Below, one piece after another: positions 25,063-36,516 of a DNA stretch of 64,000 nt. Source of the DNA: Macrostomum hystrix (Eukaryota > Animalia > Platyhelminthes). A model generated the notes under the pieces. It saw only the letters and a list, made by a program, of their open reading frames with translations. It was not told the DNA's origin and searched no databases. The translations under genes and the position numbers were made by a program. Where the stretch lies: assembly GCA_950097015.1 (NCBI GenBank), contig CATNEN010000031.1, positions 3,286,001 through 3,350,000 on the forward strand, given 5' to 3'. Within the stretch, counting starts at the first letter, position 1. Each line of letters opens with the position of its first letter.

Positions 25063-27522
25063 CAGCTAAACTGTGCATGGCAACTCGATTTGTTGAGGAA
25101 GAAAGTTAATGAGGCTGTATTAACAATGTCCATTTCCTGATGTATCGCGAGTGATTTCTGTTTGATATTACAGCGTCACTATATCCCTCTTTTATCCCGA
25201 GGAAACACTGCAGATGATATTTGATTTGTTTCCAATTGCTTAACACCAAAAGCATAAATAAACAAGTCAAATCAGCACAATTATGATAGAAAACTTTTAT
25301 GACGAGTATAGACAAGTGTCACTTTTCAATTGTTAGCGCAATATATATAAGTTCTTGGAATGGTGTAGTAACCTGTACCTCGGTGTAGTTATTATACATG
25401 TTGTAATAGCTGATGTTCTACCAGCCTGTTATATTATTATTTTTATTATCATGGCAAACACAGTTCAGGTGCTGATTTGCTGGCTTACTTTTGGCTGTTA
25501 CAATTATAACAAGACCCAGAAATGTTTATGTAGGCCGATAGAATATATTACAATGAAGTAATACCGCCAGGGCTATAGGAGTTTAATAATTGGTCCAGAT
25601 CAATGCCTGGATCGGGCTTGATTATTTGAATGTTTCCAATTTACCTGAGCAGCCAGGTGGATTTGATCTATATTTTAGAGACTGTGAAGAACTCGAAAAA
25701 CAGACAAATTATAATGTAATACACGGCACAGCGTCTGTGCTTTTGTGAACCGCAAAGCCGCAGATGATTAATGAGTTCTCCGCATAAGGCCGGAATAGAA
25801 TTTGTCAAGTGTGCTCTCTACGAGTACTAGACGTGCCAGTGAAGATGAACATACTGCGTGCATTATTCTCTTGGGAATAGACTGGCATGGCCGAGGGGAT
25901 CTGGACACAGACGGGCTGCTACAGCTGAAATAATAAAAAACTGATAATAATTACATTTGTCTATAATGTCCGCCAATGAGGGGAGAGATAAGAATACGCA
26001 AATTAAGAAGTGCGCTTTTTGGTACACATCATGCACGGCAGACATGTTGCCGTGCGCCTTATGACATGCACCGTACGAGACTAGATAAAAAAGATTTAAA
26101 ATGAATTATTAAGAAAATAATTGGGCTGCAGTTTTCATTTATGTAATGCTGTGTGCAAGCTGTCAGTAGAACCACACACTGCATCACTACGAGTATCTAC
26201 TCGTAGATACAAAATGGGACTTTTTACTATATTCCACAAGCAACACGCGACTTGCCAGACCATCAGTTGTAGTAGTGAGTGAAAAGTGAATTGCGCTATT
26301 TAAAAGCCCCATATGCATTCGTGGGTTGTCAGCTGTAGAATTGAATGCTTGGGCTGGTATTGAATACCAACTATAGATGTCAGGGGAGATCCATGATAAA
26401 TCCTGCATAGCAACGCATATAGACATAGATGAGCTTCATTTCTTGCTCTCAATTGTTAAGCTCTCACATGGTACGAGTGCAGCCTAGGTCTTTCTCACAG
26501 TCATCAGCGAATGATGAATCAGTTTGGCAATCCACCGCCTTTTAAATACTACGATGCATAGAATGATGCACTTTAAGAGATGACGTTATGCTCGACTCTT
26601 TTTAATCCAATCACAACTTGGACGTATCTTCATTATAAATTTTCTTCCCTGTTTTGCAGGAAAAATATTTTTACCTTGCTGTACAAAACTGGAAACTAAG
26701 TTTGAATTCCACACCCATTGAGGTGATAATTTCAATATGGAAGTTAAATACCACATAGACCACAACCACGGACCACTAATAGTCTACTTTAGTAGTCCTT
26801 GACGACAACTCCATAAGAAACTTGCCAGAAAAACGCTCGCTACCTATCAACTGCAACTTACTGCTACATTCGAGCTCGGACCATCGGTTATTAAGTACAA
26901 AGCACAATCCTCCGCAGAGCAGACACGAATTCAATCTAACTACTCGTACATTAGCCAAACACACTACTAGCAATGGTAGAACTCAAGTAATAAATGCCTC
27001 CATAATTGGATTTTTAAGGAATTAATTCTTAACTAGCTTTAACTTAACGAAATGAATTCTTAAATAGAAACCTAGACAAGGCTTGTACAGAGCTAATTAC
27101 ATTTAGTTAAGAAAAATGACGCATCTCTCAAAAGAGCATTTCCAGTGCAGAGTAGACTCTCAGTCACGCCCATAAGATGAAGAAACTAAAACGACTTATT
27201 AAAAAGCACTCAAAATTAAGTTGCTTACGAAACTGACCTGCCATACTTCCACAGTCCGGGTGAAAAATTCTTTGCACTTTAGTTTGAGGTGCATGGCGCA
27301 CCGTCATTGCACACATCAGTTGTATTTTTCTCTTACGGAATGCTTAATAGCGCACACCACGCAATTCCTACTCAAGGTTGATAAACGAGCCAATTGTCTC
27401 AGAAAGAACAAGAACGAACGCAAAAATTACAAAATTAAAACCCTGTCAACTAAAACCAGACGGACTCCACGGACTCAACTCGCACACCGAAGGCGTCTCA
27501 TCTAGCCAGCAAAGTGGGTTGC

Positions 27523-28002
27523 TCAGGCCTCCTGGCAGTCGCGGGCCATGTGACCGGGCTTGTTGCAACGGTAGCATGTCATCTCTGCCTGCGGCTGGCT
27601 GCAGTCGCGGGCCATGTGACCGACCTCGTTGCATCGGTAGCAGCGGGAGCCGCCGCCACCGCCGCCACCACCACCACCGAAGCTGCCGCCACCACCACCA
27701 CCGAAGCCGCCGCCACGTCCACCTCCGAAGCTACCGCCGCCGCCGCCGCGACCACCACCAAATCCACCGCCGCGACCGCCGCCATAACCACCGCTGTAGC
27801 CGCCACCACCACCGCGGCTGCCACCGTCAGGGCATTCTCTGGCCATGTGGCCCGGCTGGCCGCAGTTGTAGCAGGAGCCACCGCCGCCGCCGCCGCCGCC
27901 ACGACCGCCTCCGCGGCCACCACGACCGCCACCGCCGCCGCCACCCTGGGGGCACTCGCGGGAGAAATGGCCTGGTTTGCCGCAGTTGTAGCAATCGCCC
28001 AT
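27523..28002 (-). CDS. CNBP/Gis2-like CCHC zinc-knuckle, RGG-rich nucleic-acid-binding protein, copy 1 (159 aa)
   Basis: Four C-X2-C-X4-H-X4-C knuckles ([56 protein letters not shown]) with Gly/RGG linkers. Intronless CDS with AACAATGG start context. Confidence 0.85.
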   Translation of the reverse strand: MGDCYNCGKPGHFSRECPQGGGGGGGRGGRGGGRGGGGGGGGSCYNCGQPGHMARECPDGGSRGGGGGYSGGYGGGRGGGFGGGRGGGGGSFGGGRGGGFGGGGGGSFGGGGGGGGGGSRCYRCNEVGHMARDCSQPQAEMTCYRCNKPGHMARDCQEA

Positions 28003-28164
28003 TGTTTACTGAACTGGGATGTTAAACACGAAGCTCACGAAAGATGGAATACACTAATTAACCTTTCAACCACTTTGCACTGACTTGTCCTCTGCTGGCC
28101 ACGCCTTCACACACCACTCTGGAATGTGATTTAGGGATGTATAATTATTAGTAAAATATTTATA
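28003..28164 (-). promoter_or_regulatory. Putative TATA/Inr promoter and short 5'UTR intron of CNBP-like copy 1
   Basis: On the minus strand: TATAAA at 28164-28159, TCACATT ~35 nt downstream, a possible donor AAG|GTTAAT near 28062 and acceptor TTCAG| 6 nt before the ATG. Confidence 0.35.
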
Positions 28165-29009
28165 ACCAGAAGATAAGAAAAGTAACTTCACACCAGCAAA
28201 AAACTAACAGACGATTTTACAAAAGCTGACTTCAAATAATCTGTAAAGCTATAGCAGCTAAAAATCTAACTTGCTTATCTTATTAACTGTGTATTCTTTT
28301 TCTAACAAAACACTAACTCACTAGTACGATGCTTTGCATTTATACAAACTAAGCTGAGCTTCATATATATAAAATGATTGAGTTTCTAAGCCCTAGTTTA
28401 CACCTACGAAAGGAATGCCTAGCCTTAGCATATGAAAAAGCAACAATAAAACAGTTATTTGCAAAAAGATATCAATGCTTGTTTTTGTTTATTAATAATG
28501 CACTGACCCTACTATAAATGCAGCTGAATTCTAGTCCGCGAATCAGACAGGAACTAATTGAGGACCAAAATTCTACAAAACACTATTCCGCCGCACATGA
28601 TAAAAAGTATTCGAAACGAGACAGTAAACCAACAATCACCGGTCATTTATACCAAGATGCTAATATTTGCTAAAAGCAATTGCGACAAATTAGTCCATGG
28701 CCGTGCACAGAATTCTTCTATCCTAATGGCTATTGTTTTAATTATGCTTTCATAATTTATTGCAGACAACTTTAACTTTTAGTGAATTTTTTTTGACAAA
28801 AACTTATTGACCAAAGCTGCAACCGGTGATAGTGCCTGCGCATTGGTCCGGTACGACTGACCAACCAAACCAAGACCCAACTGGTGAAATACACCCCAAG
28901 TTATTAAGTTAACAAAAACAAAACCGATTCGAGATTAATTGATAGAGCAGCCCAAAACAAAGGGAATAAATTTGCCACTCCGTATCCAGTCAAATCAGAT
29001 TAAATAAGT

Positions 29010-29438
29010 TCAGGCCTCCTGGCAGTCGCGGGCCATGTGACCGGGCTTGTTGCAACGGTAGCATGTCATCTCTGCCTGCGGCTGGCTACAGTCGCGGGCC
29101 ATGTGACCGGCCTCGTTGCATCGGTAGCAGCGGGAGCCGCCGCCGCCACCACCACCACCACCGAAGCCGCCGCCACGACCACCTCCGAAGCCGCCGCCGC
29201 CGCGACCACCACCAAATCCACCGCCGCGACCGCCGCCATAACCGCCGCCGCCGCGGTCGCCACCGTCAGGGCATTCTCTGGCCATGTGGCCCGGCTGGCC
29301 GCAGTTGTAGCAGGAGCCACCGCCGCCGCCACCACCACGACCGCCTCCGCGGCCACCACGACCGCCACCGCCGCCGCCACCCTGGGGGCACTCGCGGGAG
29401 AAATGGCCTGGTTTGCCGCAGTTGTAGCAATCGCCCAT
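29010..29438 (-). CDS. CNBP/Gis2-like CCHC zinc-knuckle, RGG-rich protein, copy 2 (142 aa)
   Basis: Same four knuckles as copy 1 with shorter Gly linkers. Tandem paralogue ~1 kb upstream of copy 1. Confidence 0.85.
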   Translation of the reverse strand: MGDCYNCGKPGHFSRECPQGGGGGGGRGGRGGGRGGGGGGGSCYNCGQPGHMARECPDGGDRGGGGYGGGRGGGFGGGRGGGGFGGGRGGGFGGGGGGGGGSRCYRCNEAGHMARDCSQPQAEMTCYRCNKPGHMARDCQEA

Positions 29439-30418
29439 TGTTAAAGATGAATTATTTTTATCTGATGCAAATCGACGTTTAATGCTGTTTATTTTGGTAG
29501 TATTGCTGAAATCGGATATAGAGTAAGCGTTGTGAAAATGATACGAGATAAAATGAATGATGTCATAAATCGATCTCTATAAGTATGTGCGAATGTGAGC
29601 AGCTATGGAATACTTAGTACTTCTCCATCCGATATATGCTAGTGTTTTTACTACAAGTTTTATAGAACTCATACATGAGAAATAGGAACTATACACGAGG
29701 ATGGAACAATTATTCTGAATCGTAAAAGTTATTGTCAAATATCAAAACTCAAATAATTAGAAAACAGCCTTGTGATAATATATTAAGAGTTTAATAGATT
29801 ATTTAAAAAGAAGTCTGCTAAAATAATCATACAGATACTTTATGAAGGCACCAAAAGACTAATGTCAATAAAAAATGGAAAATTGTCGACGAACATCACA
29901 TAAATAGGAGAGCTATTTATATAAAAAGTAATGCATGATAAAATAATAACAATCATTATCTCAGACCTTTTGTGAAAATTTTTACAAGATTTAGAATGAT
30001 TAAATGAACAGCAAATCGGCACAAAATACAATCGAACGAATTTGCAATTTAGCAAGTGTCTTGATTGTGTGATAAGGCGCAATTAGCAGAGGGTACAGAA
30101 TTGAGCTTAAAATTTTAAGTCTACATTGGGAAATATATACAAAATGTAAGGAAGAAAATAAAAAACAAGTTCTTTTATAATCGCTGCATATGTTTTTTCT
30201 TGCAGTCGCTGAAAAAGCGCTTTAGAGAAAGACATATACATATAACTGTCCTATGCCCGACACTTGCAGTTTCAAGATAAAGACTATTTGATAAATAGTT
30301 GAAAAGTATAGTTAAAAAATAGAGTCTACGTCACTGATAGCAATGCCTATAGTAAACTGGAAAAATCAATAGCAAACTCTATGGACGGTAAGTGTAGCAT
30401 GTCAAATGTCAGAGGCTT

Positions 30419-31689
30419 TTAACCGCCGATCAATATCATTGGTCGGTTCTTGAGCTTGGACAGCGTCTCCATTCCTGCAACAGATTAGTGGAATGAGAAT
30501 TATTAACTAAGGGCACAAACATCGAGGTATTGCACTAAAAGCCTGGATTGTCCGAATCTTTTAACTCACCAGCATGTTGAGCCTTTTTGCGCTGCAATGC
30601 ATCAGCCACAATCTGCTTGAGCTCCAGGTCAGAGGCTCCGGAACGCATAGCGTCGCGCAAGCTGACCTCGCTGCCGCCGTGAAGACACACTTTGAAGTTG
30701 CCATCAGCAGTGACGCGTACTCGATTGCAGACAGCGCAAAAGTGTTGAGTCATGCTAGAGATAAAGCCAACGCGACCTCGAGCACCCGGCACGCGCCACG
30801 CTTTGGACACGTGATTTGGTTCGTCTGGCAGTCTTTCCAAATTAGGAAATTCAGTCCTAATGCGGTCAAGCATCTCGGCATAGGGTAGCATCTTTCCTGT
30901 GCTCCATCGATTGCCGTCAAACGGCATGTATTCAATAAAGCGCACATCGTAAGCATGGTCTAGCGTTAGACGAACAAAGTCTACTAATTCGTCGTCGTTG
31001 AAGCCACGCATAGCTACGCAGTTGATCTTCACAGTTGGAAAGCCGCTGTCTAGAGCGTGACGGACTCCGGACCAGACCCGATCCCAGCCGCGTCGCCGGG
31101 TGACCAATTCGAACTTAGCTGGCACGAGGGTGTCGCAGCTAACGTTCAAAGCGTCTAGACCGGCCTGTCGTAGAGCTCTGGCATGTCGCTGCAACAATAT
31201 ACCATTAGTAGTTAGGCCGATCGACTGCAGGCCGTATGGTCTCAACTCATTTAGACCAGCCACAATGTCTAGCAAGTCAGAACGCAGCAGTGGTTCGCCG
31301 CCAGTTAGTCGCACCTTGCGCACACCCCATCCAACAAAGGCGCGGGCTAAACGCGAAATTTCGGAGCTTGTTAGTAGAGATTTGGAAGCCGTCAGAGGCA
31401 CACCTTCTGCTGGCATGCAATACTGGCCTACGGGACAAGGAATACAATTATAAGTTACTTATTTGATGATTGCTGCATTTGAGAATTTTCGGATAACAAA
31501 ATGCTTACATCGCAAATTGCACTTCTCAACTAGTGAAATACGCAAATAAGTATGACGTCGCTTAAACTTGTCGGTAAGAGGATCGCTATTGTCAGCCAAA
31601 GGTCTTTCCTGTTGCATCTGAGTTGTATTGGCCACTACAGAGTACATTCGACGCGAAATTGCACAAGCCGCACTCTTAGAAAGCGCCAT
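30419..31689 (-). CDS. MOCS1: Molybdenum cofactor biosynthesis GTP 3',8-cyclase (MOCS1A/MoaA), 3 exons, ~364 aa
   Basis: Exons are 31689-31509, 31427-30570 and 30474-30419 (GT-AG, 1095 nt in frame). The radical-SAM motif CNLRC|QYC spans intron 1. Also present: LTGGEP, the second cluster CAVCNR..KVC, and C-terminal KNRPMILIGG-stop. The N-terminus is basic and Ser/Ala-rich, like a mitochondrial presequence. Confidence 0.93.
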
Positions 31690-32169
31690 TGCAGCTGAAA
31701 AAAGAATAAATTGATTTAGCATTTAAATTTGCATTCAACAAGTTCTGGACATTTAGTATAACTATAGCTCATTTAAAAACAGACACAAATATTCAAGGCA
31801 AGGCGCACCTATACATCTGCTAAAAGTGAAGTCTGAAAGTCTTCTATGAACTATGATAGAAGTATCCAAAACAGAACAAGCTCACAAAGCAATTAAACAT
31901 AAGATCATATCCAATAAGTTTGCTATAATATATGATAGCTAAGACTTAGCTAATTAAAATTTTGAGTAACAAAAAAAACAAAATACAGAGCAAACTTTGT
32001 TATACTTTACATTTAATTGCTAATGTACCACTCAAAATGAAATTAAAATTGTCATTAAAGTTGAATTTATTGAAATGAGGTTATTTAAACAGTGCAGTAA
32101 ATTCCGCATAGTCTTACTGCATTATAAGGTTTGTTAAACAGTGTAGTTTTTAAACATGTTATAAACAGT

Positions 32170-32260
32170 GTGGTAAAAACCGCTAACTTCACTGCAGGCC
32201 CAGGGTAATGTGTTGCCATTGCTATGCAGTAAAGTTAGCAGTTTTTACCGCGCGGTAAAA
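32170..32260. repeat. Inverted repeat plus perfect palindrome
   Basis: 27-bp arms (32170-32196 and 32225-32251, 3 mismatches) overlapping the 18-bp palindrome TTTTACCGCGCGGTAAAA (32243-32260). Confidence 0.6.
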
Positions 32261-32644
32261 TGTTGCTAACGTCTAAGCTTAAATGTCACCAGGGAGTGCA
32301 CCATGGCAATCTTATTGTAGTGTGGATAATGTGTCATGGCAAATGACTCAAAAGTAAAAATGTTGGCTACTTGAAACTTTAGCAACTTCCTTCTACTGGG
32401 TTGCAAACAGTTTAGTATTTTGTTGCCAATTAATTCTGGCTTTTTGATCTGTCACTACTAGCTATTTCTTACTAGGACAATCTTTTTGACTTCTCTTTTG
32501 CCATCTCTTTATCTTTTATCTGCTGCAATCTTGTTTGCCATTAGACAAGTTGACTTATTAGTGAAATTCATGACATGAGCAGACTAGTTGGTAAACTTGG
32601 CCTTGACTAACATGAGAGTAAATTCAACACCTTGCTATCATGCT

Positions 32645-33987
32645 ATTGTACAAGGCAGAGCTTATTCCCACGGTCCCGTGCTGATAATTTCAAATTTATC
32701 CACACGGATCTGTGCCAATAATTTTCTGCTTATCCACATGGCAGCTTATATGAATAGGTCTACAACTCTTTATATAAATATGCCGCAGTGCCATTAATTT
32801 CAATTTTATCCACACATAGCTGTGCCGATAGTTTTCTGCTTATCCACACAGCAGCTTTTATGAATAGGTCTAAAACTCTTTATATAAATATGACATGCCA
32901 TTAATTTCTGAAATTTTATCCACACGTTTCTGTTATTTGAAACGAGGCCCTTTCAGGTTTGAAAGTTTTGTTGAACCCTTGAGCCAATAGATCAACAAAG
33001 TTGACAGTGCGTTACGACAGTGTTCTACATTTCAACCTACACATTCATTAACCCACATTAATGTCATCCTTTTTAATTATTGTAATAACAAATTACTAAA
33101 TCTTTTGTCATTGTTACATGTTTTCATTCAAATTGTATTGACTTAAAAAAGTAAGAAGTCTATCAAAGAAAATCATACGAGTCAACCAGTGAAATTCTAG
33201 TCAGCACCAAACTTGTCACATATTATACATCATTGTTATTCTTTTACACCAGTTGCATTGATAGTGTACACTATACACTATAATATACTCTGAAGCAAAA
33301 ACCTTATGCTCAGAGAAGAACAGGTAGGGACTTGAAAGTAGACCTATTCATACAAGCTGCCATGTGGACCATAGTCCAGATCATGTCGTTTACGCCGGAG
33401 ATCTCCGGCGTAAATCTGGTTTGGGATCGGAGGCTGGCGTAAGTGCTTGGCATAAGTATAGGCCAAAATGTGCCTTGGCGTAAGTGCTTGGCGTAAGTAC
33501 ATGGCATAAATCAAGTGGCGTAAATGTTAGAACAAATGAGATCATTCATGATCAAATGTATCACTATAGAACATAACACATTTGCGTTAATTATGATGTT
33601 AAAGAGCAGCATTAAAACAAAGTTCATTAAAATATTGCAGTTCGTATAAATGAGATAGCAGAATATCTATTGTAGGATAGCAAAAGTTTTTTTAGCTTTA
33701 AGATGCTTATTTTGATACTTGATTCAGAACTTGCAACTTGTAAGATTTTTAAACAGTTGCAACTTCTGAATTTAATTAATCACCAATTAACAAGAATTGT
33801 GAAGGACCTTTTTTTGGGTGGCGTAAGTCAGAGGGACCTTTTTTGGTTGACGTAAGTCTGGCGTAAGTGCCAAAAAATGTTGGATTTTTCCTCTGGCATA
33901 AGTCCAGCATGATCCGGACTATGGCATGTGGATAAGCAGAAAATTATTGGCACAGGACTGTGGGAATAAGCACTTTCATTGTACAAT
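32645..33987. mobile_element. Putative non-autonomous DNA transposon with ~60-bp imperfect TIRs and subterminal repeats
   Basis: 32645-32705 is inverted relative to 33925-33987. A 110-bp tandem unit carries TTATCCACA. There is an inverted partial copy at ~33338-33368 and GGCGTAAG repeats at ~33415-33525 and ~33820-33870. No ORF. Confidence 0.5.
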
Positions 33988-36516
33988 GTGTGCCAATAGA
34001 AAGTGAGTAGATTTTTTTGTTCTTTGACTAAATTGAATGGATTTGCATACACTTTTCATGTGAGTGCAGTGCAGATGCCCTACCATGCGCAAGAGAAACC
34101 ACTTGCTAAGGTGAGTTAGCTAGAGATAGAGAGTAAAATGCATAACATTATTGCATACAATTTGATTTTATGGTCTTGTCTTGTAGGCCTACTTGCAAAG
34201 AGGTGGACACTTTCCTACAAACCAGATTTGTGCAAGCTTCTGCAAGTATTTAAAAAATCGAGACGGTCTTTTATTTTGCATTGATAAAAGTTATAGCAGA
34301 CGACTTTGTTCAATTTGTCCATTATGGCAGACAAGTTTCTACATAGCTTCTTTTAAAGAAGTTATTACTAGACGAGATGGCAGCAGACGCAAAGACTGAA
34401 ACTGGAAATTCTTAGCTATCACACCTTAAATCTAAACAAGACAAGAGCTCATATTTGATCCAAGAGTCCTAAGATGTGCAATCACTTGAAAATGAGAATA
34501 GTAAGGCCTGATCTAACAGTAGGTATGGTTGTAAAGTTTACATTATAATATTTAATACTCTAAGGTCTGTCAAGTTTTTTAATAGCTAAAATACTATTAG
34601 ATGACGAAAGCTTAAAAACAATAATTGTGAAAGTTAAAAAATTGCTTAGCCTCAGATGGCCAGGCTTGTGTCCTGAATAAACGTAGCTTGTCAACAAGTA
34701 CTAAACAAGAAAGTCGTTTGGAATATATTAGAGTACAAGACAAAGAAACCTATAGAATAAGAAATTGACTTAGTAACAACAAATGCGCACGATCCTTATT
34801 TAATCTTTAATAATTAAGCATATACAACCTGAGGACACCGACAATCAATGTAATGGCCGGCTGAAACGAGTGTGCGATATAATGAAGCAAGAATATTTGA
34901 GTAGAAAAAATTATATTGCTCAATGTAAAGTGACTCCGATTTGAGCTAAAAGATTTAAAACAAACTGTTGATACGTTTGGTAAGTTTTATTAAATAGAAT
35001 TATTTTTAATCTATATTTTAGCTACTATATTCCACAAAATTTTTCTATGTGTTATATGGCATTACACAGGTTTTAAGTTTTTAACTGCTGCTCCTACCTC
35101 GTTACCAAGCGTCAAGCGAGCGAACTCTCAAGTGATTGCCTCGAGAAAGCATCAGAGCGCGAGCCAAAAAATAAGTTCTCATCAAACATAATTTAAACCA
35201 AACATATAAAATCTTGGAGTCAAGTCGAAGAATTGAGGCTCCGTGTACTTTTAGCATAAGGACCTGACCTGGCGGTTTAATTGTGCACACTGACGTGAAC
35301 ATATTTTAAGGTTGCATATTTCTGCACAAGTTATAATACATATTTCATGCTAAAATGTTAATAAAGTTTTCTGTCTTGTTCTTTGATACATATGTCGCAT
35401 TTACATCTCGGCGCATTGGTATATTTCCAGAACACGCACTTTTTACTGTCAGTCGCTTTATCGATTGAAATATTAATATTTTAGCAGATGTTGTACTGTA
35501 CATCTGCTATACATCTGCTACACACTACTTCTGTTATTTATCGTATCATTACGACTTGCAAAAAAGAATAACCCAAGCAGGTACTGTTTTCTCTATTCTG
35601 TGTTATTTTACAGAAATCTTTAATCCCATTTTGATTTTCTAGTGTTCATTCCGATAATGTAGTATGCTTAGTTGCTGTTCACGTACTTTAATTAAAGGGC
35701 TAGTAGTATCTAAAGCAATTTTAGAATTAAGTACTTAACATGTAATAGTTTACAACCATTTTTAGTTTTTTTAATTCAGAAATTAGATATTTAATACTTG
35801 AAGTTGGGTTCAGAGTTTTAAAACAATCACTCCACATTATTTATTTATTTGCTTGTAGCGGCTTTTTAGAGCATGCATACATTGTTCTTACTTCATTTCA
35901 GAGTAAACTGCGCTCTATTACAGACACAAATAAAACTGAGATTTGCTTATAGATGTAGAACAATGAAACACATGGGTGCGTATTTGTCATTCAGACAAAG
36001 AAATCATAGCAAATGCTCATAAAGAAATAAAGCTTCTAAAAAGTACAGAAAGCACACTCAATGTCACTGCATGTATGAGATTGAATACTTTTTAAGCTCT
36101 CTAAAATAAGCAAGAACAAATTGAAGAGATAAAAAATAGCTTTTTTTCGTGGATGAGCGAATGAACACCAAGGTGTGGAGAGTACAAAAGCGCGCTAAAA
36201 TTAGCACCCTAAAATTGTGTTTACAAAATATTTCATAAAAACTGCAAATTATAATTTTATCTGGGAAAAATTCAATTTTCGTTGCAAAAAAAACTTTGAA
36301 GTCAATGATGCCATCACATGTCACTGCTGAATAATGTTTAGATGTTAGATTTCTGTTGAAGCAGATAGCTTGACTGGAGACCTCATAGTACAGACTATAA
36401 AAACTAGAATATTGGAAAATTATATGTGCAATAATATATCCGAATTTATTTTTATTTCAGATAAATGACTATACAATCAGACTCGATTGAGACAAACGAC
36501 GGCGGTGATGAGAAGG

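Noticed and set aside
24204-25133. Multiple overlapping ORFs on both strands over GPCR exon 2 (similar cases over DENND11, KLF, CNBP-like and CEP170 exons)
   Set aside because: These are shadow frames expected from high GC content, with no recognisable motifs.
32696-32925. Bacterial oriC (DnaA boxes plus AT-rich tracts)
   Set aside because: The boxes are products of a 110-bp tandem duplication inside an inverted-repeat element between spliced animal genes, and no bacterial genes are nearby.
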